A DNA stretch of 64,000 nt from Escherichia coli (GCF_016026235.1 NZ_CP065613.1), one strand, 5' to 3'; shown: positions 23,186 through 36,469, numbered from the stretch's first letter. Numbers and translations: made by a program. The notes: generated from the sequence alone by a model not told the origin.

Positions 23186-23545
23186 ATGTTCAAGGAGAGG
23201 ATGACACCAGATGAACTTGCCAGACTGACCGGCTATAGCCGCCAGACCATTAATAAATGGGTACGCAAGGAAGGCTGGACAACGTCACCAAAACCTGGCG
23301 TCCAAGGTGGCAAAGCCCGACTGGTTCACGTCAATGAACAGGTTCGTGAATATATTCGCAATGCTGAACGTCCAGAAGGTCAGGGAGAAGCGCCTGCCCT
23401 TTCTGGTGATGCGCCGCTTGAAGTATTGCTGGTGACACTGGCGAAAGAGATGACGCCAGTTGAACAAAAACAGTTTACATCCTTGCTTCTGCGGGAAGGG
23501 ATTATCGGATTGTTACAACGCTTAGGGATTCGCGATAGCAAATAA
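23186..23545 (+). CDS. yfeC: small HTH DNA-binding protein (YfeC family)
   Basis: 119-aa ORF; paralogous to the adjacent yfeD (TGYSRQTINKWVRKEGW vs LGVAKQTVNRWIREKGW). Confidence 0.75.
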   Translation: MFKERMTPDELARLTGYSRQTINKWVRKEGWTTSPKPGVQGGKARLVHVNEQVREYIRNAERPEGQGEAPALSGDAPLEVLLVTLAKEMTPVEQKQFTSLLLREGIIGLLQRLGIRDSK

Positions 23546-23546
23546 T

Positions 23547-23939
23547 ATGAAAAGATTACGCAATAAAATGACCACCGAAGAACTGGCTGAATGCCTCGGT
23601 GTGGCTAAACAAACTGTTAACCGTTGGATCAGAGAAAAAGGCTGGAAAACGGAAAAATTTCCCGGCGTGAAAGGCGGTCGTGCCAGACTTATTCTGGTCG
23701 ATACGCAAGTTTGCGAGTTTATTCAGAACACGCCAGCCTTCCATAACACACCGATGTTGATGGAAGCTGAAGAGAGAATTGCTGAATACGCTCCTGGAGC
23801 ACGCGCCCCGGCGTATCGACAAATCATCAACGCGATAGATAATATGACAGACATTGAGCAGGAAAAAGTCGCGCAATTTTTGTCACGTGAAGGAATTCGC
23901 AATTTCCTCGCCCGTCTCGATATTGACGAATCAGCATAA
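23547..23939 (+). CDS. yfeD: small HTH DNA-binding protein (YfeD family)
   Basis: 130-aa ORF paralogous to yfeC. Confidence 0.75.
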   Translation: MKRLRNKMTTEELAECLGVAKQTVNRWIREKGWKTEKFPGVKGGRARLILVDTQVCEFIQNTPAFHNTPMLMEAEERIAEYAPGARAPAYRQIINAIDNMTDIEQEKVAQFLSREGIRNFLARLDIDESA

Positions 23940-23941
23940 AT

Positions 23942-23981
23942 AAAAAACGGCAGGATATTATCTCCTGCCGTTTATCTTTTT
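23942..23981. terminator. bidirectional intrinsic terminator between yfeD and gltX
   Basis: CGGCAGGA-TATTATC-TCCTGCCG hairpin flanked by A and T runs. Confidence 0.7.
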
Positions 23982-23990
23982 ACACGCTAA

Positions 23991-25406
23991 TTACTGCTGG
24001 TTTTCGCGTTCAGCAATAAAGGCCAGCGCTTTGTTGATACGCTCAATGCTACGTGTCTTACCGATTGCGTGAACGGTAACATCCAGTGCTGGAGACTGCC
24101 CCGCACCGGTTACGGCGACACGCAGCGGCATACCAACTTTACCCATACCCACTTCCAGCTCATCCGCCGTCGCCTGAATAGCGTGATGAACGTTTTCAGC
24201 TGTCCAGTCAGTAATCGCGGCCAGTTTGTCACGAACTACTTCCAGCGGCTGACGCGCTACCGGACGCAGATGTTTTTTCGCGGCGTCGGCATCGAACTCA
24301 GCAAAATCTTCGTAGAAATAACGGCAGCTCTGTGCCATCTCTTTCAGCGTCTTGCAGCGTTCGCCCAGCAGTTTCACCAGATCAGCCAGCTGCGGGCCGT
24401 TACGGGTATCGATATTTTCCTGCTCAATGTGCCACTGTAAGTGAGTAGCAACATACTCCGGCGGCAGCGCGTTAATGTAGTGATGGTTCAGCCACAGCAG
24501 CTTGTCGGTGTTGAACGCACTGGCAGATTTGCTGACGGCATTCAAAGTGAAGTATTTGATCATCTCTTCACGAGTGAAGATTTCCTGATCGCCGTGGGAC
24601 CAGCCCAGACGCACCAGATAGTTCAGCAGTGCTTCTGGCAAATAACCGTCATCACGATACTGCATTACGCTGACTGCCCCGTGACGTTTGGACAGTTTTT
24701 TGCCGTCATCGCCGTTGATCATAGAAACGTGCGCGTAAACCGGTACCGGCGCTTTCAGGGCTTTAAGAATGTTGATCTGGCGTGGCGTGTTGTTGATATG
24801 GTCTTCGCCACGGATAACGTGGGTGATTTCCATATCCCAGTCATCGACAACCACACAGAAGTTATAGGTTGGGGAACCATCGGTACGGCGGATAATAAGA
24901 TCGTCCAGTTCCTGGTTGCTGAACTCGATCGGACCACGGATCTGATCGTCAAAAACAACAGAACCTTCCTGCGGGTTAGCAAAACGTACGACACACGGTT
25001 CATCATCAGCGTGATGCTCATGGCTGTGGCGACAGCGACCGTCATAACGCGGCTTCTCACCTTTCGCCATTTGCTCTTCGCGCAGCGCTTCCAGGCGCTC
25101 TTTAGAGCAATAGCATTTATAAGCAGTGCCCTCTTCCAGCATCTGATCGATCACCGCGTTGTAGCGATCAAAACGTTTGGTCTGGTAGTATGGACCTTCA
25201 TCCCACTCCAGGCTCAGCCAGTTCATGCCATCCATAATGGCTTCGATAGCTTCCGGCGTGGAACGCTCAAGATCGGTGTCTTCAATACGCAGCACGAACT
25301 CACCGCCGTGGTTACGTGCAAAAAGCCAGGAGTAAAGAGCAGTACGCGCGCCGCCAACGTGCAGATAGCCTGTTGGGCTTGGCGCGAAGCGAGTTTTGAT
25401 TTTCAT
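23991..25406 (-). CDS. gltX: glutamyl-tRNA synthetase
   Basis: 471-aa ORF with class I aaRS motifs ([19 protein letters not shown]). Confidence 0.9.
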   Translation of the reverse strand: MKIKTRFAPSPTGYLHVGGARTALYSWLFARNHGGEFVLRIEDTDLERSTPEAIEAIMDGMNWLSLEWDEGPYYQTKRFDRYNAVIDQMLEEGTAYKCYCSKERLEALREEQMAKGEKPRYDGRCRHSHEHHADDEPCVVRFANPQEGSVVFDDQIRGPIEFSNQELDDLIIRRTDGSPTYNFCVVVDDWDMEITHVIRGEDHINNTPRQINILKALKAPVPVYAHVSMINGDDGKKLSKRHGAVSVMQYRDDGYLPEALLNYLVRLGWSHGDQEIFTREEMIKYFTLNAVSKSASAFNTDKLLWLNHHYINALPPEYVATHLQWHIEQENIDTRNGPQLADLVKLLGERCKTLKEMAQSCRYFYEDFAEFDADAAKKHLRPVARQPLEVVRDKLAAITDWTAENVHHAIQATADELEVGMGKVGMPLRVAVTGAGQSPALDVTVHAIGKTRSIERINKALAFIAERENQQ

Positions 25407-25619
25407 GAAATGGCCTTACGTTTAGAAAGATGCCGACAACCGGCAAATCCTGGAAAAATTGAGTGGGCGATATTCTATCACTCCCGCCTGATTCCTCAAT
25501 GTAGTTCGGGTTGCAACCTTACGCATTATTGTTTTCGTTGACAAATTGCGCAAAACGGTCTGTTTTGCGATCATCTTGCTTAAATTTACGACGAACGAAC
25601 AATTTCTTTAGAAAATGCG

Positions 25620-25648
25620 TTGACTCATTTTGAACTCTCCCTATAATG
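25620..25648 (+). promoter_or_regulatory. sigma70 promoter of the valU-valX-valY-lysV tRNA operon
   Basis: TTGACT-17 bp-TATAAT about 17 bp upstream of the first tRNA. Confidence 0.7.
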
Positions 25649-25664
25649 CGACTCCACACAGCGG

Positions 25665-25740
25665 GGGTGATTAGCTCAGCTGGGAGAGCACCTCCCTTAC
25701 AAGGAGGGGGTCGGCGGTTCGATCCCGTCATCACCCACCA
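25665..25740 (+). tRNA. valU: tRNA-Val (UAC)
   Basis: GGGTGATTAGCTCAGCTGGGAGAGCACCTCCCTTACAAGGAGGGGGTCGGCGGTTCGATCCCGTCATCACCCACCA. Confidence 0.9.
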
Positions 25741-25784
25741 ACTACTTTATGTAGTCTCCGCCGTGTAGCAAGAAATTGAGAAGT

Positions 25785-25860
25785 GGGTGATTAGCTCAGC
25801 TGGGAGAGCACCTCCCTTACAAGGAGGGGGTCGGCGGTTCGATCCCGTCATCACCCACCA
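25785..25860 (+). tRNA. valX: tRNA-Val (UAC)
   Basis: Identical second copy. Confidence 0.9.
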
Positions 25861-25906
25861 CTTTCTCACCAGCTAAATTTCTTGTAAAAATGTGAAGTAC
25901 CGAAGT

Positions 25907-25982
25907 GGGTGATTAGCTCAGCTGGGAGAGCACCTCCCTTACAAGGAGGGGGTCGGCGGTTCGATCCCGTCATCACCCACCA
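25907..25982 (+). tRNA. valY: tRNA-Val (UAC)
   Basis: Identical third copy. Confidence 0.9.
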
Positions 25983-25986
25983 CTTC

Positions 25987-26062
25987 GGGTCGTTAGCTCA
26001 GTTGGTAGAGCAGTTGACTTTTAATCAATTGGTCGCAGGTTCGAATCCTGCACGACCCACCA
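25987..26062 (+). tRNA. lysV: tRNA-Lys (UUU)
   Basis: GGGTCGTTAGCTCAGTTGGTAGAGCAGTTGACTTTTAATCAATTGGTCGCAGGTTCGAATCCTGCACGACCCACCA. Confidence 0.9.
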
Positions 26063-26066
26063 ATGT

Positions 26067-26094
26067 AAAAAGGCGCCCTAAAGGCGCTTTTTTG
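26067..26094 (+). terminator. intrinsic terminator after lysV
   Basis: GGCGCC-CTAAA-GGCGC hairpin followed by TTTTTT. Confidence 0.75.
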
Positions 26095-26170
26095 CTATCT
26101 GCGATTTGCGAAATTGCCTGATGCGCTTCACTTAGCAGACTACTATTTCCGGCAATTCCTGTCTCCTCAC

Positions 26171-27055
26171 CTACTGTGTCAATGCAGCCAACAGCTTAAC
26201 CATCGCGGGCGTCACCTGCTGTGTTTCATAAACAATATATAAATCTGCAGGGATGCGCTGTTTGAGCGGACGGAAAATGACACCTGGCCAGTTCATTTGT
26301 GCGTAGCTGTCCGCTATCAATGTGATACCAATGCCCATACTGACCATAGCGAGTACCGTTTGCGGTTCATTAACTTCGCGAATAACAACCGGTGAAAATC
26401 CCACCTGCTGGCAAACTCGCTGCAAAAAATCCCAGTCAGTGTAAACGGGCGGCATTGTAACAAAATACTCGTCACGTAGCGCTTCCAGCGGGACGGTGGA
26501 AAATGATGAGAGATGATGCTCTTCAGGCATCGCCACCAGAAACGCCGATTCATGCAACCGTAAGCTGGTAAAACCAGTCGGTGGTTCTGTCGCCATTCGC
26601 CAGATCCCGGCATCAAGTTCGCGGCGTTCCAGCAAGGCCATTTGCATCGCGGGCATCTTTTCGCGAAAAAGAACGTCAACGTTAGGATTTTCCCTGAGGA
26701 ATCGCCGCATAACCGGGCGCATCCGTCCCCACATTGCCGTTCCCACTACGCCGAGTTCAATCCGCCCTGCTTCTCCCCGACCTATTTGTTCAACCCGAGC
26801 CAATACATTATTAGCATTCACCAGCAATCGACGCGATTCTTCCATCAAGATTTTGCCCGCGTGTGTCAGTACGACGCTGCGCGAATGGCGAATAAAAAGC
26901 TGCGTGCCGAGTTGATTTTCCAGTTCTTTAATATGAATACTGAGCGGAGGCTGAGACATATTTAAACGCGCTGCTGCGCGGCCAAAATGCAACTCTTCCG
27001 CTACGGCAAGAAAATAACGGAGCAACTTAAGATCTGTTCTGTATACGCGTTCCAT
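26171..27055 (-). CDS. xapR: LysR-family transcriptional regulator (xanthosine operon activator)
   Basis: 294 aa from MERVYRTDLKLLRYFLAVAEELHFGRAAARLNMSQPPLS (LysR HTH). Confidence 0.85.
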   Translation of the reverse strand: MERVYRTDLKLLRYFLAVAEELHFGRAAARLNMSQPPLSIHIKELENQLGTQLFIRHSRSVVLTHAGKILMEESRRLLVNANNVLARVEQIGRGEAGRIELGVVGTAMWGRMRPVMRRFLRENPNVDVLFREKMPAMQMALLERRELDAGIWRMATEPPTGFTSLRLHESAFLVAMPEEHHLSSFSTVPLEALRDEYFVTMPPVYTDWDFLQRVCQQVGFSPVVIREVNEPQTVLAMVSMGIGITLIADSYAQMNWPGVIFRPLKQRIPADLYIVYETQQVTPAMVKLLAALTQ

Positions 27056-27158
27056 AATTAAGTGCTCCATATAATAAATACATCGTATTAAATTATCATG
27101 GCATAAAGTATTTCACCACCAGATATCCGACATACATAAACACGGTAATGACTCCAAC

Positions 27159-27662
27159 TTACTGATAGTGTTTTATGTTCAGATAATGCCCGATGACCTT
27201 GTCATGCAGCTCCACCGATTTTGAGAACGACAGTGACTTCCGTCCCAGCCTTGCCAGATGTTGTCTCAGATTCAGATTATGTCGCTCAATGCGCTGAGCG
27301 TAACGCTTGCTGATAACGTGCAGCTTTCCCTTCAGGCGTGATTCATACAGCGGCCAGCCATCCGTCATCCATACCACGACCTCAAAGGCCGACAGCAGGC
27401 TCAGAAGACGCTCCAGTGTGGCCAGAGTGCGTTCACCGAAGACGTGCGCCACAACCGTCCTCCGTATCCTGTCATACGCGTAAAACAGCCAGCGCTGACG
27501 TGATTTAGCACCGACGTAGCCCCACTGTTCGTCCATTTCAGCGCAGACAATCACATCACTGCCCGGTTGTATGCGCGAGGTTACCGACTGCGGCCTGAGT
27601 TTTTTAAGTGACGTAAAACCGTGTTGAGGCCAACGCCCATAATGCGTGCACTGGCGCGACAT
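27159..27662 (-). CDS. insB: IS1 InsB (transposase C-terminal part, made as InsAB' by -1 frameshift)
   Basis: 167-aa [19 protein letters not shown]...; A6C slippery run at the insA/insB overlap. Confidence 0.9.
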   Translation of the reverse strand: MSRQCTHYGRWPQHGFTSLKKLRPQSVTSRIQPGSDVIVCAEMDEQWGYVGAKSRQRWLFYAYDRIRRTVVAHVFGERTLATLERLLSLLSAFEVVVWMTDGWPLYESRLKGKLHVISKRYAQRIERHNLNLRQHLARLGRKSLSFSKSVELHDKVIGHYLNIKHYQ

Positions 27663-27856
27663 CCGACGCCATTCATGGCCATATCAATGATTTTCTGGTG
27701 CGTACCGGGCTGAGAGGCGGTGTAAGTGAACTGTAGTTGCCATGTTTTACGGCAATGAGAGCAGAGATAGCGCTGATGTCCGGCAGTGCTTTTGCCGTTA
27801 CGCACCACGCCTTCAGTAGCGGAGCAGGAAGGACATCTGATGGAAATGGAAGCCAC
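27581..27856 (-). CDS. insA: IS1 InsA (transposition inhibitor / transposase N-terminal part)
   Basis: 91-aa [46 protein letters not shown]. Confidence 0.9.
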   Translation of the reverse strand: MASISIRCPSCSATEGVVRNGKSTAGHQRYLCSHCRKTWQLQFTYTASQPGTHQKIIDMAMNGVGCRASARIMGVGLNTVLRHLKNSGRSR

Positions 27857-28152
27857 GCAAGCACCTTAAAATCACCATCATACACTAAATCAGTAAGTTG
27901 GCAGCATTACCCTTTTTCTGTAGGGTGGAATCTAACGCCTTTTTATAGCGAGGTTGTCCCGGCTCTTACCAATACACTTTTCTCACGCATTCAATAGCGA
28001 TTCGATATCGATGGATTTATATCTTTCCTCTATTAATCCACGGTAAAAACTGTATTGGCGATATTAATTCCTTTGCATTAACAATATGTCGTTTTTAGCA
28101 AACCACTTTATTAAGCAATCTACTAATAACGATCGGCATAGGGAATTATGCT

Positions 28153-28917
28153 ATGAAAAAACATCTTTTAACTCTGACACTTTCCTCTATATTAGCGATA
28201 CCTGTTGTATCTCATGCAGAATTTAAAGGCGGTTTTGCAGATATCGGCGTGCATTATCTGGACTGGACCAGCCGGACTACCGAAAAATCGTCGACCAAAT
28301 CACACAAAGATGATTTTGGCTATCTTGAATTTGAAGGTGGCGCTAACTTTAGTTGGGGAGAAATGTACGGGTTCTTCGACTGGGAAAACTTCTATAACGG
28401 TCGCCATAATAAACCAGGTAGCGAGCAGCGTTATACCTTTAAAAATACCAACCGTATTTACCTGGGTGACACCGGATTTAATTTCTACTTGCATGCGTAT
28501 GGCACCTACGGTTCTGCGAATCGCGTGAATTTCCACGACGATATGTTCCTGTACGGTATCGGCTACAATTTCACCGGCAGCGGTTGGTGGTTCAAACCGT
28601 TCTTTGCTAAGCGTTATACAGATCAAACCTATTACACTGGCGACAACGGCTATGTCGCCGGCTGGGTTGCAGGTTACAACTTTATGCTGGGCAGCGAGAA
28701 ATTCACTCTTACCAACTGGAACGAGTACGAGTTTGACCGTGACGCTACCTATGCAGCGGGTAATGGCGGTAAAGAAGGGCTGAATGGCGCAGTTGCACTG
28801 TGGTGGAATGCAACATCACACATTACTACGGGGATTCAGTATCGATATGCGGATGACAAACTGGGCGAAGATTTTTACCAGGATGCGATAATCTACTCCA
28901 TCAAATTTAACTTCTGA
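28153..28917 (+). CDS. yfeN: putative outer-membrane beta-barrel protein (Tsx/OmpG-like)
   Basis: 254-aa ORF with signal peptide and C-terminal aromatic residue (…IKFNF). Confidence 0.75.
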   Translation: MKKHLLTLTLSSILAIPVVSHAEFKGGFADIGVHYLDWTSRTTEKSSTKSHKDDFGYLEFEGGANFSWGEMYGFFDWENFYNGRHNKPGSEQRYTFKNTNRIYLGDTGFNFYLHAYGTYGSANRVNFHDDMFLYGIGYNFTGSGWWFKPFFAKRYTDQTYYTGDNGYVAGWVAGYNFMLGSEKFTLTNWNEYEFDRDATYAAGNGGKEGLNGAVALWWNATSHITTGIQYRYADDKLGEDFYQDAIIYSIKFNF

Positions 28918-28924
28918 TTGATTA

Positions 28925-28943
28925 CTGCCGGGGCTCCCGGCAG
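28925..28943. terminator. bidirectional terminator hairpin between yfeN and yfeR
   Basis: CTGCCGGG-GCT-CCCGGCAG palindrome. Confidence 0.6.
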
Positions 28944-28955
28944 TATGAATTCACT

Positions 28956-29882
28956 CTATATCTGATACAACGGATCCCCTTCCCGACCAGCCATTAGCGC
29001 ATTGCCCTGGTCTCGTACCACGTCCCATAACGCTTCAGCGGCGGTGGAAAGTGAACGGTTCTTCCTGCGCACCAGCATCAACTGGCGTTCCACCACCGGC
29101 GTAATGCGCTTTACCACCAGCGGGCTACCTTCAGGCAATGGTAGCGCCAGTGCGGGAAGAATACTGATGCCGATGCCTGCGGCTACCATCGGGAACAGCG
29201 TCGCCGGATGTCCAATCTCCTGCACAATATTCGCCTGAATACCATTGCGCGCCAGCGCTGCGTCAATCAGCGGTCGGCTGCCTGACGCGTAATCCTGCAA
29301 CACCAATTTCGCTCCCTGTAATGCCTGCCAGGGTACATAATCTTCCACGGCCAAAGCGCTATCGCGATGGCAAAGCAGAAAGAAAGGCTCGGAAAGAATC
29401 GCTTCACATTGCAGATCGCCCACTGGGCCTGGATCGATGACGATGCCAAAGTCGACATCTCCCTGGCGAATACTTTCCATCACCCACTGCTGCGGACGAT
29501 CGTGCAGGACAAACTGAATATCTGAATAGCGGCGATGGCTTTCAGCAATGCATTGCGGAATAAGATGCGCGGAAATGGTCTGGCTGGCAGCGACCCGAAC
29601 TTTTCCGCTCAGTTGTTGCCCCATACGCCCGGTATCGCGCAACGTGCTGTTAAGTTCATCCAGCAGTCGCTCAAGACGCAAAGCCAACTGCTGCCCTGCA
29701 TCTGTAAGCACCACTTCACGCGTGGTTCTGTCCAGCAGGCGAACACCAGTATGATTTTCCAGCTCCTTCACACTGTGACTTACTGCCGACTGGCTCAGGC
29801 CGATACGCTCTCCTGCACGACTAAAACTTTTCTCCTGCGCTACTGTGACGAAAACCTTTAATTGTTTTAAAGAATAATTCAT
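28956..29882 (-). CDS. yfeR: LysR-family transcriptional regulator
   Basis: 308-aa ORF with N-terminal LysR HTH. Confidence 0.8.
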   Translation of the reverse strand: MNYSLKQLKVFVTVAQEKSFSRAGERIGLSQSAVSHSVKELENHTGVRLLDRTTREVVLTDAGQQLALRLERLLDELNSTLRDTGRMGQQLSGKVRVAASQTISAHLIPQCIAESHRRYSDIQFVLHDRPQQWVMESIRQGDVDFGIVIDPGPVGDLQCEAILSEPFFLLCHRDSALAVEDYVPWQALQGAKLVLQDYASGSRPLIDAALARNGIQANIVQEIGHPATLFPMVAAGIGISILPALALPLPEGSPLVVKRITPVVERQLMLVRRKNRSLSTAAEALWDVVRDQGNALMAGREGDPLYQI

Positions 29883-29971
29883 CTGTTTTCTTCATGAATG
29901 GATGCAATAAATCAATTTTATTTCTCAAACTGGAAGAAGCACAATAGAACCATCGATCATCTGGAGTCTTT

Positions 29972-30970
29972 ATGAAACTTTTTCGTATCCTCGATCCTTT
30001 CACCTTAACCCTGATCACGGTGGTGTTGCTGGCCTCTTTCTTTCCGGCCAGAGGCGATTTCGTCCCCTTCTTTGAAAATCTGACCACCGCAGCTATTGCC
30101 CTGCTGTTCTTTATGCACGGCGCGAAGTTGTCGCGTGAGGCGATTATTGCTGGCGGTGGTCACTGGCGACTGCATTTGTGGGTAATGTGCAGCACCTTCG
30201 TGCTGTTTCCGATTCTGGGTGTACTGTTTGCCTGGTGGAAACCGGTAAATGTCGACCCGATGCTCTACTCCGGTTTTCTCTACTTGTGCATTCTCCCGGC
30301 TACCGTGCAGTCTGCAATCGCCTTCACGTCAATGGCGGGCGGTAACGTCGCGGCGGCGGTTTGTTCTGCGTCAGCATCCAGCCTGCTGGGGATTTTCCTT
30401 TCACCATTGCTGGTTGGTCTGGTGATGAATGTTCACGGTGCAGGGGGCAGCCTTGAGCAGGTCGGTAAAATTATGCTGCAACTGCTGCTGCCGTTTGTGT
30501 TGGGGCATCTTTCCCGGCCGTGGATTGGTGACTGGGTGTCGCGCAATAAAAAATGGATTGCGAAAACTGATCAGACGTCCATTCTGTTAGTGGTTTATAC
30601 AGCGTTCAGCGAAGCCGTCGTTAATGGTATCTGGCATAAAGTTGGCTGGGGATCATTGCTGTTTATCGTGGTGGTCAGCTGCGTTCTTCTGGCTATCGTG
30701 ATTGTAGTTAACGTCTTTATGGCACGCCGACTGGGCTTCAATAAAGCAGATGAAATTACTATCGTCTTTTGTGGTTCGAAAAAGAGTCTGGCAAATGGCA
30801 TCCCGATGGCAAACATTCTGTTCCCCACATCGGTGATCGGTATGATGGTGCTGCCCCTGATGATTTTCCATCAGATCCAATTGATGGTCTGTGCGGTGCT
30901 GGCGCGTCGATACAAACGCCAGACCGAACAGTTACAGGCGCAGCAGGAAAGCAGCGCCGATAAAGCTTAA
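29972..30970 (+). CDS. yfeH: bile acid:sodium symporter-family membrane protein
   Basis: 332-aa polytopic membrane ORF. Confidence 0.8.
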   Translation: MKLFRILDPFTLTLITVVLLASFFPARGDFVPFFENLTTAAIALLFFMHGAKLSREAIIAGGGHWRLHLWVMCSTFVLFPILGVLFAWWKPVNVDPMLYSGFLYLCILPATVQSAIAFTSMAGGNVAAAVCSASASSLLGIFLSPLLVGLVMNVHGAGGSLEQVGKIMLQLLLPFVLGHLSRPWIGDWVSRNKKWIAKTDQTSILLVVYTAFSEAVVNGIWHKVGWGSLLFIVVVSCVLLAIVIVVNVFMARRLGFNKADEITIVFCGSKKSLANGIPMANILFPTSVIGMMVLPLMIFHQIQLMVCAVLARRYKRQTEQLQAQQESSADKA

Positions 30971-31185
30971 AGCGGACGCTTCAGGGGCTGGACCAGTTGC
31001 GTCAGCCCCTCGGTTTTAATCAGCAGCGTGATTTGCATTAGCTCACCGAGCTTCCCTGCCGGGAACTCATCTTTGCGGGCAAACCACAGCAGATACTCCT
31101 CCGGCAGGTCGATTAAGCGACGCCCTTTGTATTTGCCAAACGGCATTATCGTATTGGCTATTTCAATCAGCTGCTCTTTTTCCAT
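30967..31185 (-). CDS. ypeB: small conserved protein (DUF3820-like)
   Basis: 72 aa MEKEQLIEIANTIMPFGKYKGRRLIDLPEEYLLWF...; immediately downstream of ligA. Confidence 0.65.
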   Translation of the reverse strand: MEKEQLIEIANTIMPFGKYKGRRLIDLPEEYLLWFARKDEFPAGKLGELMQITLLIKTEGLTQLVQPLKRPL

Positions 31186-31186
31186 C

Positions 31187-33211
<2,025 letters not shown>

Positions 33212-33219
33212 TCAATGCT

Positions 33220-33246
33220 AAAAACCCCCGACAAGCGGGGGTTCGA
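33220..33246 (-). terminator. intrinsic terminator after zipA
   Basis: CCCCCG-ACAA-GCGGGGG hairpin followed by a U run on the minus-strand RNA. Confidence 0.6.
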
Positions 33247-33272
33247 AGAGGAGTTAATTTGCCTTAAGTGTA

Positions 33273-34259
33273 TCAGGCGTTGGCGTCTTTGACTTCGCGG
33301 ATGATGTCCTGGTACTCACGCAATTTCTGCGGAGTCATCATACGGCGCTGATCGTCAAGCACGACACCGCCCACTTCATCGGCAATATGCTGCGCAGATT
33401 GCAGCATCAGCTTGAAGTTCTGCAGCTCGTCACCGTAAGACGGTACCTGCATAAAGATAGTGACACCCGGAGTAGTGAAATCCTTCATTTCAGGATCAAA
33501 GGTTCCCGGTTTCACCATATTCGCCAGGCTGAATAACGCCGGGCCGCTGCCATCCGGGCTAAGATGACGATGGTAAATATTCATATCGCCAAAAATGAAG
33601 CCCGCTTGTTGAATGCTGTTAAGAAGCAGTTCACCGTTTAGCTCGCTACCGTGATGCGCCGCGACGTTCATGATAATCACCGCTTCTTTGCGCTTCGGTT
33701 TATCCATAACTGGAGCCGGTTCCGCTACAGGCTCAGGCTGTGGTGCCGCTACGGGTTCTGCAGGCTGGAAAGCCTGTTGTGCCGGTTGCGGTGCTGAATG
33801 CACTGGCTGCGGCGCTGACGCGACCTGTGGCGAAACTGGCTGCTGCAACGGCTGTTCAGGCTGCGGCTGATAGGCAGGCTGCTGCACGGGTTGCTGCACC
33901 GGCTGCGCTGGACGCGGAGCATGTTGCGGCGGTACCTGCGCTTCAGGCGGCTGCTGGACCGGTTGACGCGGCTGCGCAGACGCATAAGGCGGTTGGTACT
34001 GGTGTTGCGGCGACGGACGAGCAGCCTCATGCTCCTGGGCGTTAGCCGGGGCATGATTCACGCGGTGAACACGAACCTCACCAACGCCCTCATCATCTTC
34101 GACATCCTCGTCATAAGAATCGTCGTCACGTTTTGACTTCATTCGTTTTAATGGCCGATCGCGGAACATAGAAGATCGTTCTTTACGGCTGGTCCAGAAA
34201 CCATGTACCAGTAAAGCGATTATGGCGATCGCGCCAACAATGATTAATATCAGACGCAA
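33273..34259 (-). CDS. zipA: cell division protein ZipA
   Basis: 328 aa from [22 protein letters not shown]...; TM anchor, P/Q-rich linker, FtsZ-binding C-terminal domain. Confidence 0.9.
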
Positions 34260-34500
34260 ATCCTGCATCATTATATTCTCTGTTGTTCTAACACCTTGCC
34301 ACCACGGCAAACATTTACTCACTAAGAGTATTTGCCGATTACCTCAAGTGCAAGTGCACTATTAACTTTCACAGCACAAAGATAGATGAAATCGTGCTTT
34401 TTGCTGTTTTTTCGAACATATCCTAACTGTCCATTGCGCAATTACCCGGTAAAATACGCAGAATTTTCCTAGGATTGGTCAAAAGGAGCTCATCCTGATT

Positions 34501-35262
34501 ATGGTTTCATCATTCACATCTGCCCCACGCAGCGGTTTTTACTATTTTGCGCAAGGCTGGAAGCTCGTCTCGCAACCTGGGATTCGGCGTTTCGTTATTT
34601 TACCGCTGCTGGTCAATATTTTGTTGATGGGGGGCGCATTCTGGTGGCTCTTTACGCAACTCGATGTCTGGATCCCGACTCTCATGAGTTACGTTCCGGA
34701 CTGGCTACAATGGCTGAGTTATCTGTTGTGGCCTCTGGCTGTCATCTCTGTGCTGTTAGTGTTTGGCTATTTCTTCTCCACGATTGCTAACTGGATTGCC
34801 GCTCCGTTTAACGGTTTATTGGCTGAACAACTGGAAGCACGATTGACTGGCGCTACACCGCCAGATACCGGGATTTTCGGTATCATGAAAGATGTGCCGC
34901 GAATCATGAAACGCGAATGGCAAAAATTTGCTTGGTATCTTCCGCGCGCAATTGTATTACTAATTCTTTACTTCATCCCTGGTATTGGGCAAACCGTCGC
35001 GCCGGTACTGTGGTTCCTGTTTAGCGCCTGGATGTTAGCCATCCAGTATTGCGATTACCCCTTCGATAACCACAAAGTGCCGTTTAAAGAGATGCGCACC
35101 GCCCTGCGCACACGCAAAATCACCAATATGCAGTTTGGTGCTTTAACCAGCCTGTTTACGATGATCCCGCTGCTTAATCTGTTCATCATGCCCGTTGCCG
35201 TTTGTGGCGCGACGGCGATGTGGGTCGATTGCTATCGCGATAAACACGCGATGTGGCGGTAA
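34501..35262 (+). CDS. cysZ: sulfate transporter CysZ
   Basis: 253-aa membrane ORF; K-12 synteny. Confidence 0.85.
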
Positions 35263-35446
35263 CAATCTACCGGTTATTTTGTAAACCGTTTGTGTGAAAC
35301 AGGGGTGGCTTATGCCGCCCCTTATTCCATCTTGCATGTCATTATTTCCCTTCTGTATATAGATATGCTAAATCCTTACTTCCGCATATTCTCTGAGCGG
35401 GTATGCTACCTGTTGTATCCCAATTTCATACAGTTAAGGACAGGCC

Positions 35447-36418
35447 ATGAGTAAGATTTTTGAAGATAACTCGCTGACTATCGGTCACACGCCGCTGGTT
35501 CGCCTGAATCGCATCGGTAACGGACGCATTCTGGCGAAGGTGGAATCTCGTAACCCCAGCTTCAGCGTTAAGTGCCGTATCGGTGCCAACATGATTTGGG
35601 ATGCCGAAAAGCGCGGCGTGCTGAAACCAGGCGTTGAACTGGTTGAACCGACCAGCGGTAATACCGGGATTGCACTGGCCTATGTAGCTGCCGCTCGCGG
35701 TTACAAACTCACCCTGACCATGCCAGAAACCATGAGTATTGAACGCCGCAAGCTGCTGAAAGCGTTAGGTGCAAACCTGGTGCTGACGGAAGGTGCTAAA
35801 GGCATGAAAGGCGCAATCCAAAAAGCAGAAGAAATTGTCGCCAGCAATCCAGAGAAATACCTGCTGCTGCAACAATTCAGCAATCCGGCAAACCCTGAAA
35901 TTCACGAAAAAACCACCGGTCCGGAGATCTGGGAAGATACCGACGGTCAGGTTGATGTATTTATTGCTGGCGTTGGGACTGGCGGTACGCTGACTGGCGT
36001 CAGCCGCTACATTAAAGGCACCAAAGGCAAGACCGATCTTATCTCTGTCGCCGTTGAGCCAACCGATTCTCCAGTTATCGCCCAGGCGCTGGCAGGTGAA
36101 GAGATTAAACCTGGCCCGCATAAAATTCAGGGTATTGGCGCTGGTTTTATCCCGGCTAACCTCGATCTCAAGCTGGTCGATAAAGTCATTGGCATCACCA
36201 ATGAAGAAGCCATTTCTACCGCCCGTCGTCTAATGGAAGAAGAAGGTATTCTTGCAGGTATCTCTTCTGGAGCAGCTGTTGCCGCGGCGTTGAAACTACA
36301 AGAAGATGAAAGCTTTACCAACAAGAATATTGTGGTTATTCTACCATCATCGGGTGAGCGTTATTTAAGCACCGCATTGTTTGCCGATCTCTTCACTGAG
36401 AAAGAATTGCAACAGTAA
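35447..36418 (+). CDS. cysK: cysteine synthase A (O-acetylserine sulfhydrylase)
   Basis: 323-aa ORF with PLP-lysine motif (SVKCRIG) and [10 protein letters not shown]. Confidence 0.95.
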   Translation: MSKIFEDNSLTIGHTPLVRLNRIGNGRILAKVESRNPSFSVKCRIGANMIWDAEKRGVLKPGVELVEPTSGNTGIALAYVAAARGYKLTLTMPETMSIERRKLLKALGANLVLTEGAKGMKGAIQKAEEIVASNPEKYLLLQQFSNPANPEIHEKTTGPEIWEDTDGQVDVFIAGVGTGGTLTGVSRYIKGTKGKTDLISVAVEPTDSPVIAQALAGEEIKPGPHKIQGIGAGFIPANLDLKLVDKVIGITNEEAISTARRLMEEEGILAGISSGAAVAAALKLQEDESFTNKNIVVILPSSGERYLSTALFADLFTEKELQQ

Positions 36419-36440
36419 TGCCAGCTTGTTAAAAATGCGT

Positions 36441-36468
36441 AAAAAAGCACCTTTTTAGGTGCTTTTTT
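36441..36468 (+). terminator. intrinsic terminator after cysK
   Basis: AGCACC-TTTTT-AGGTGCT hairpin followed by a T run. Confidence 0.75.
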
Positions 36469-36469
36469 G

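Larger units (their letters stand above)
27144..27911 (-). mobile_element. IS1, 768 bp
   Basis: Ends GGTAATGACTCCAACTTACTGAT... and ...GGTAATGCTGCCAACTTACTGAT; insA/insB inside; the 9 bp on each flank differ (CATAAACAC vs CTTTTTCTG), so no target duplication. Confidence 0.9.

Noticed and set aside
25665-26062. Three near-identical 76-bp repeats with short spacers as a possible CRISPR array
   Set aside because: They fold as tRNA-Val (UAC) with a promoter, a following tRNA-Lys and a terminator: a tRNA operon. The track ORF 25909-26121 across them is spurious.
25987-27143. Genomic island or prophage integrated at tRNA-Lys
   Set aside because: No integrase, no duplicated tRNA 3' end; a terminator and xapR follow directly.
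33670-34136. Overlapping Gly/Cys/Ala/Arg-rich ORFs on both strands as candidate novel repeat genes
   Set aside because: They lie inside the P/Q-rich linker of zipA; the low-complexity GC-rich DNA gives open frames in several phases, and the zipA frame is the coherent one.
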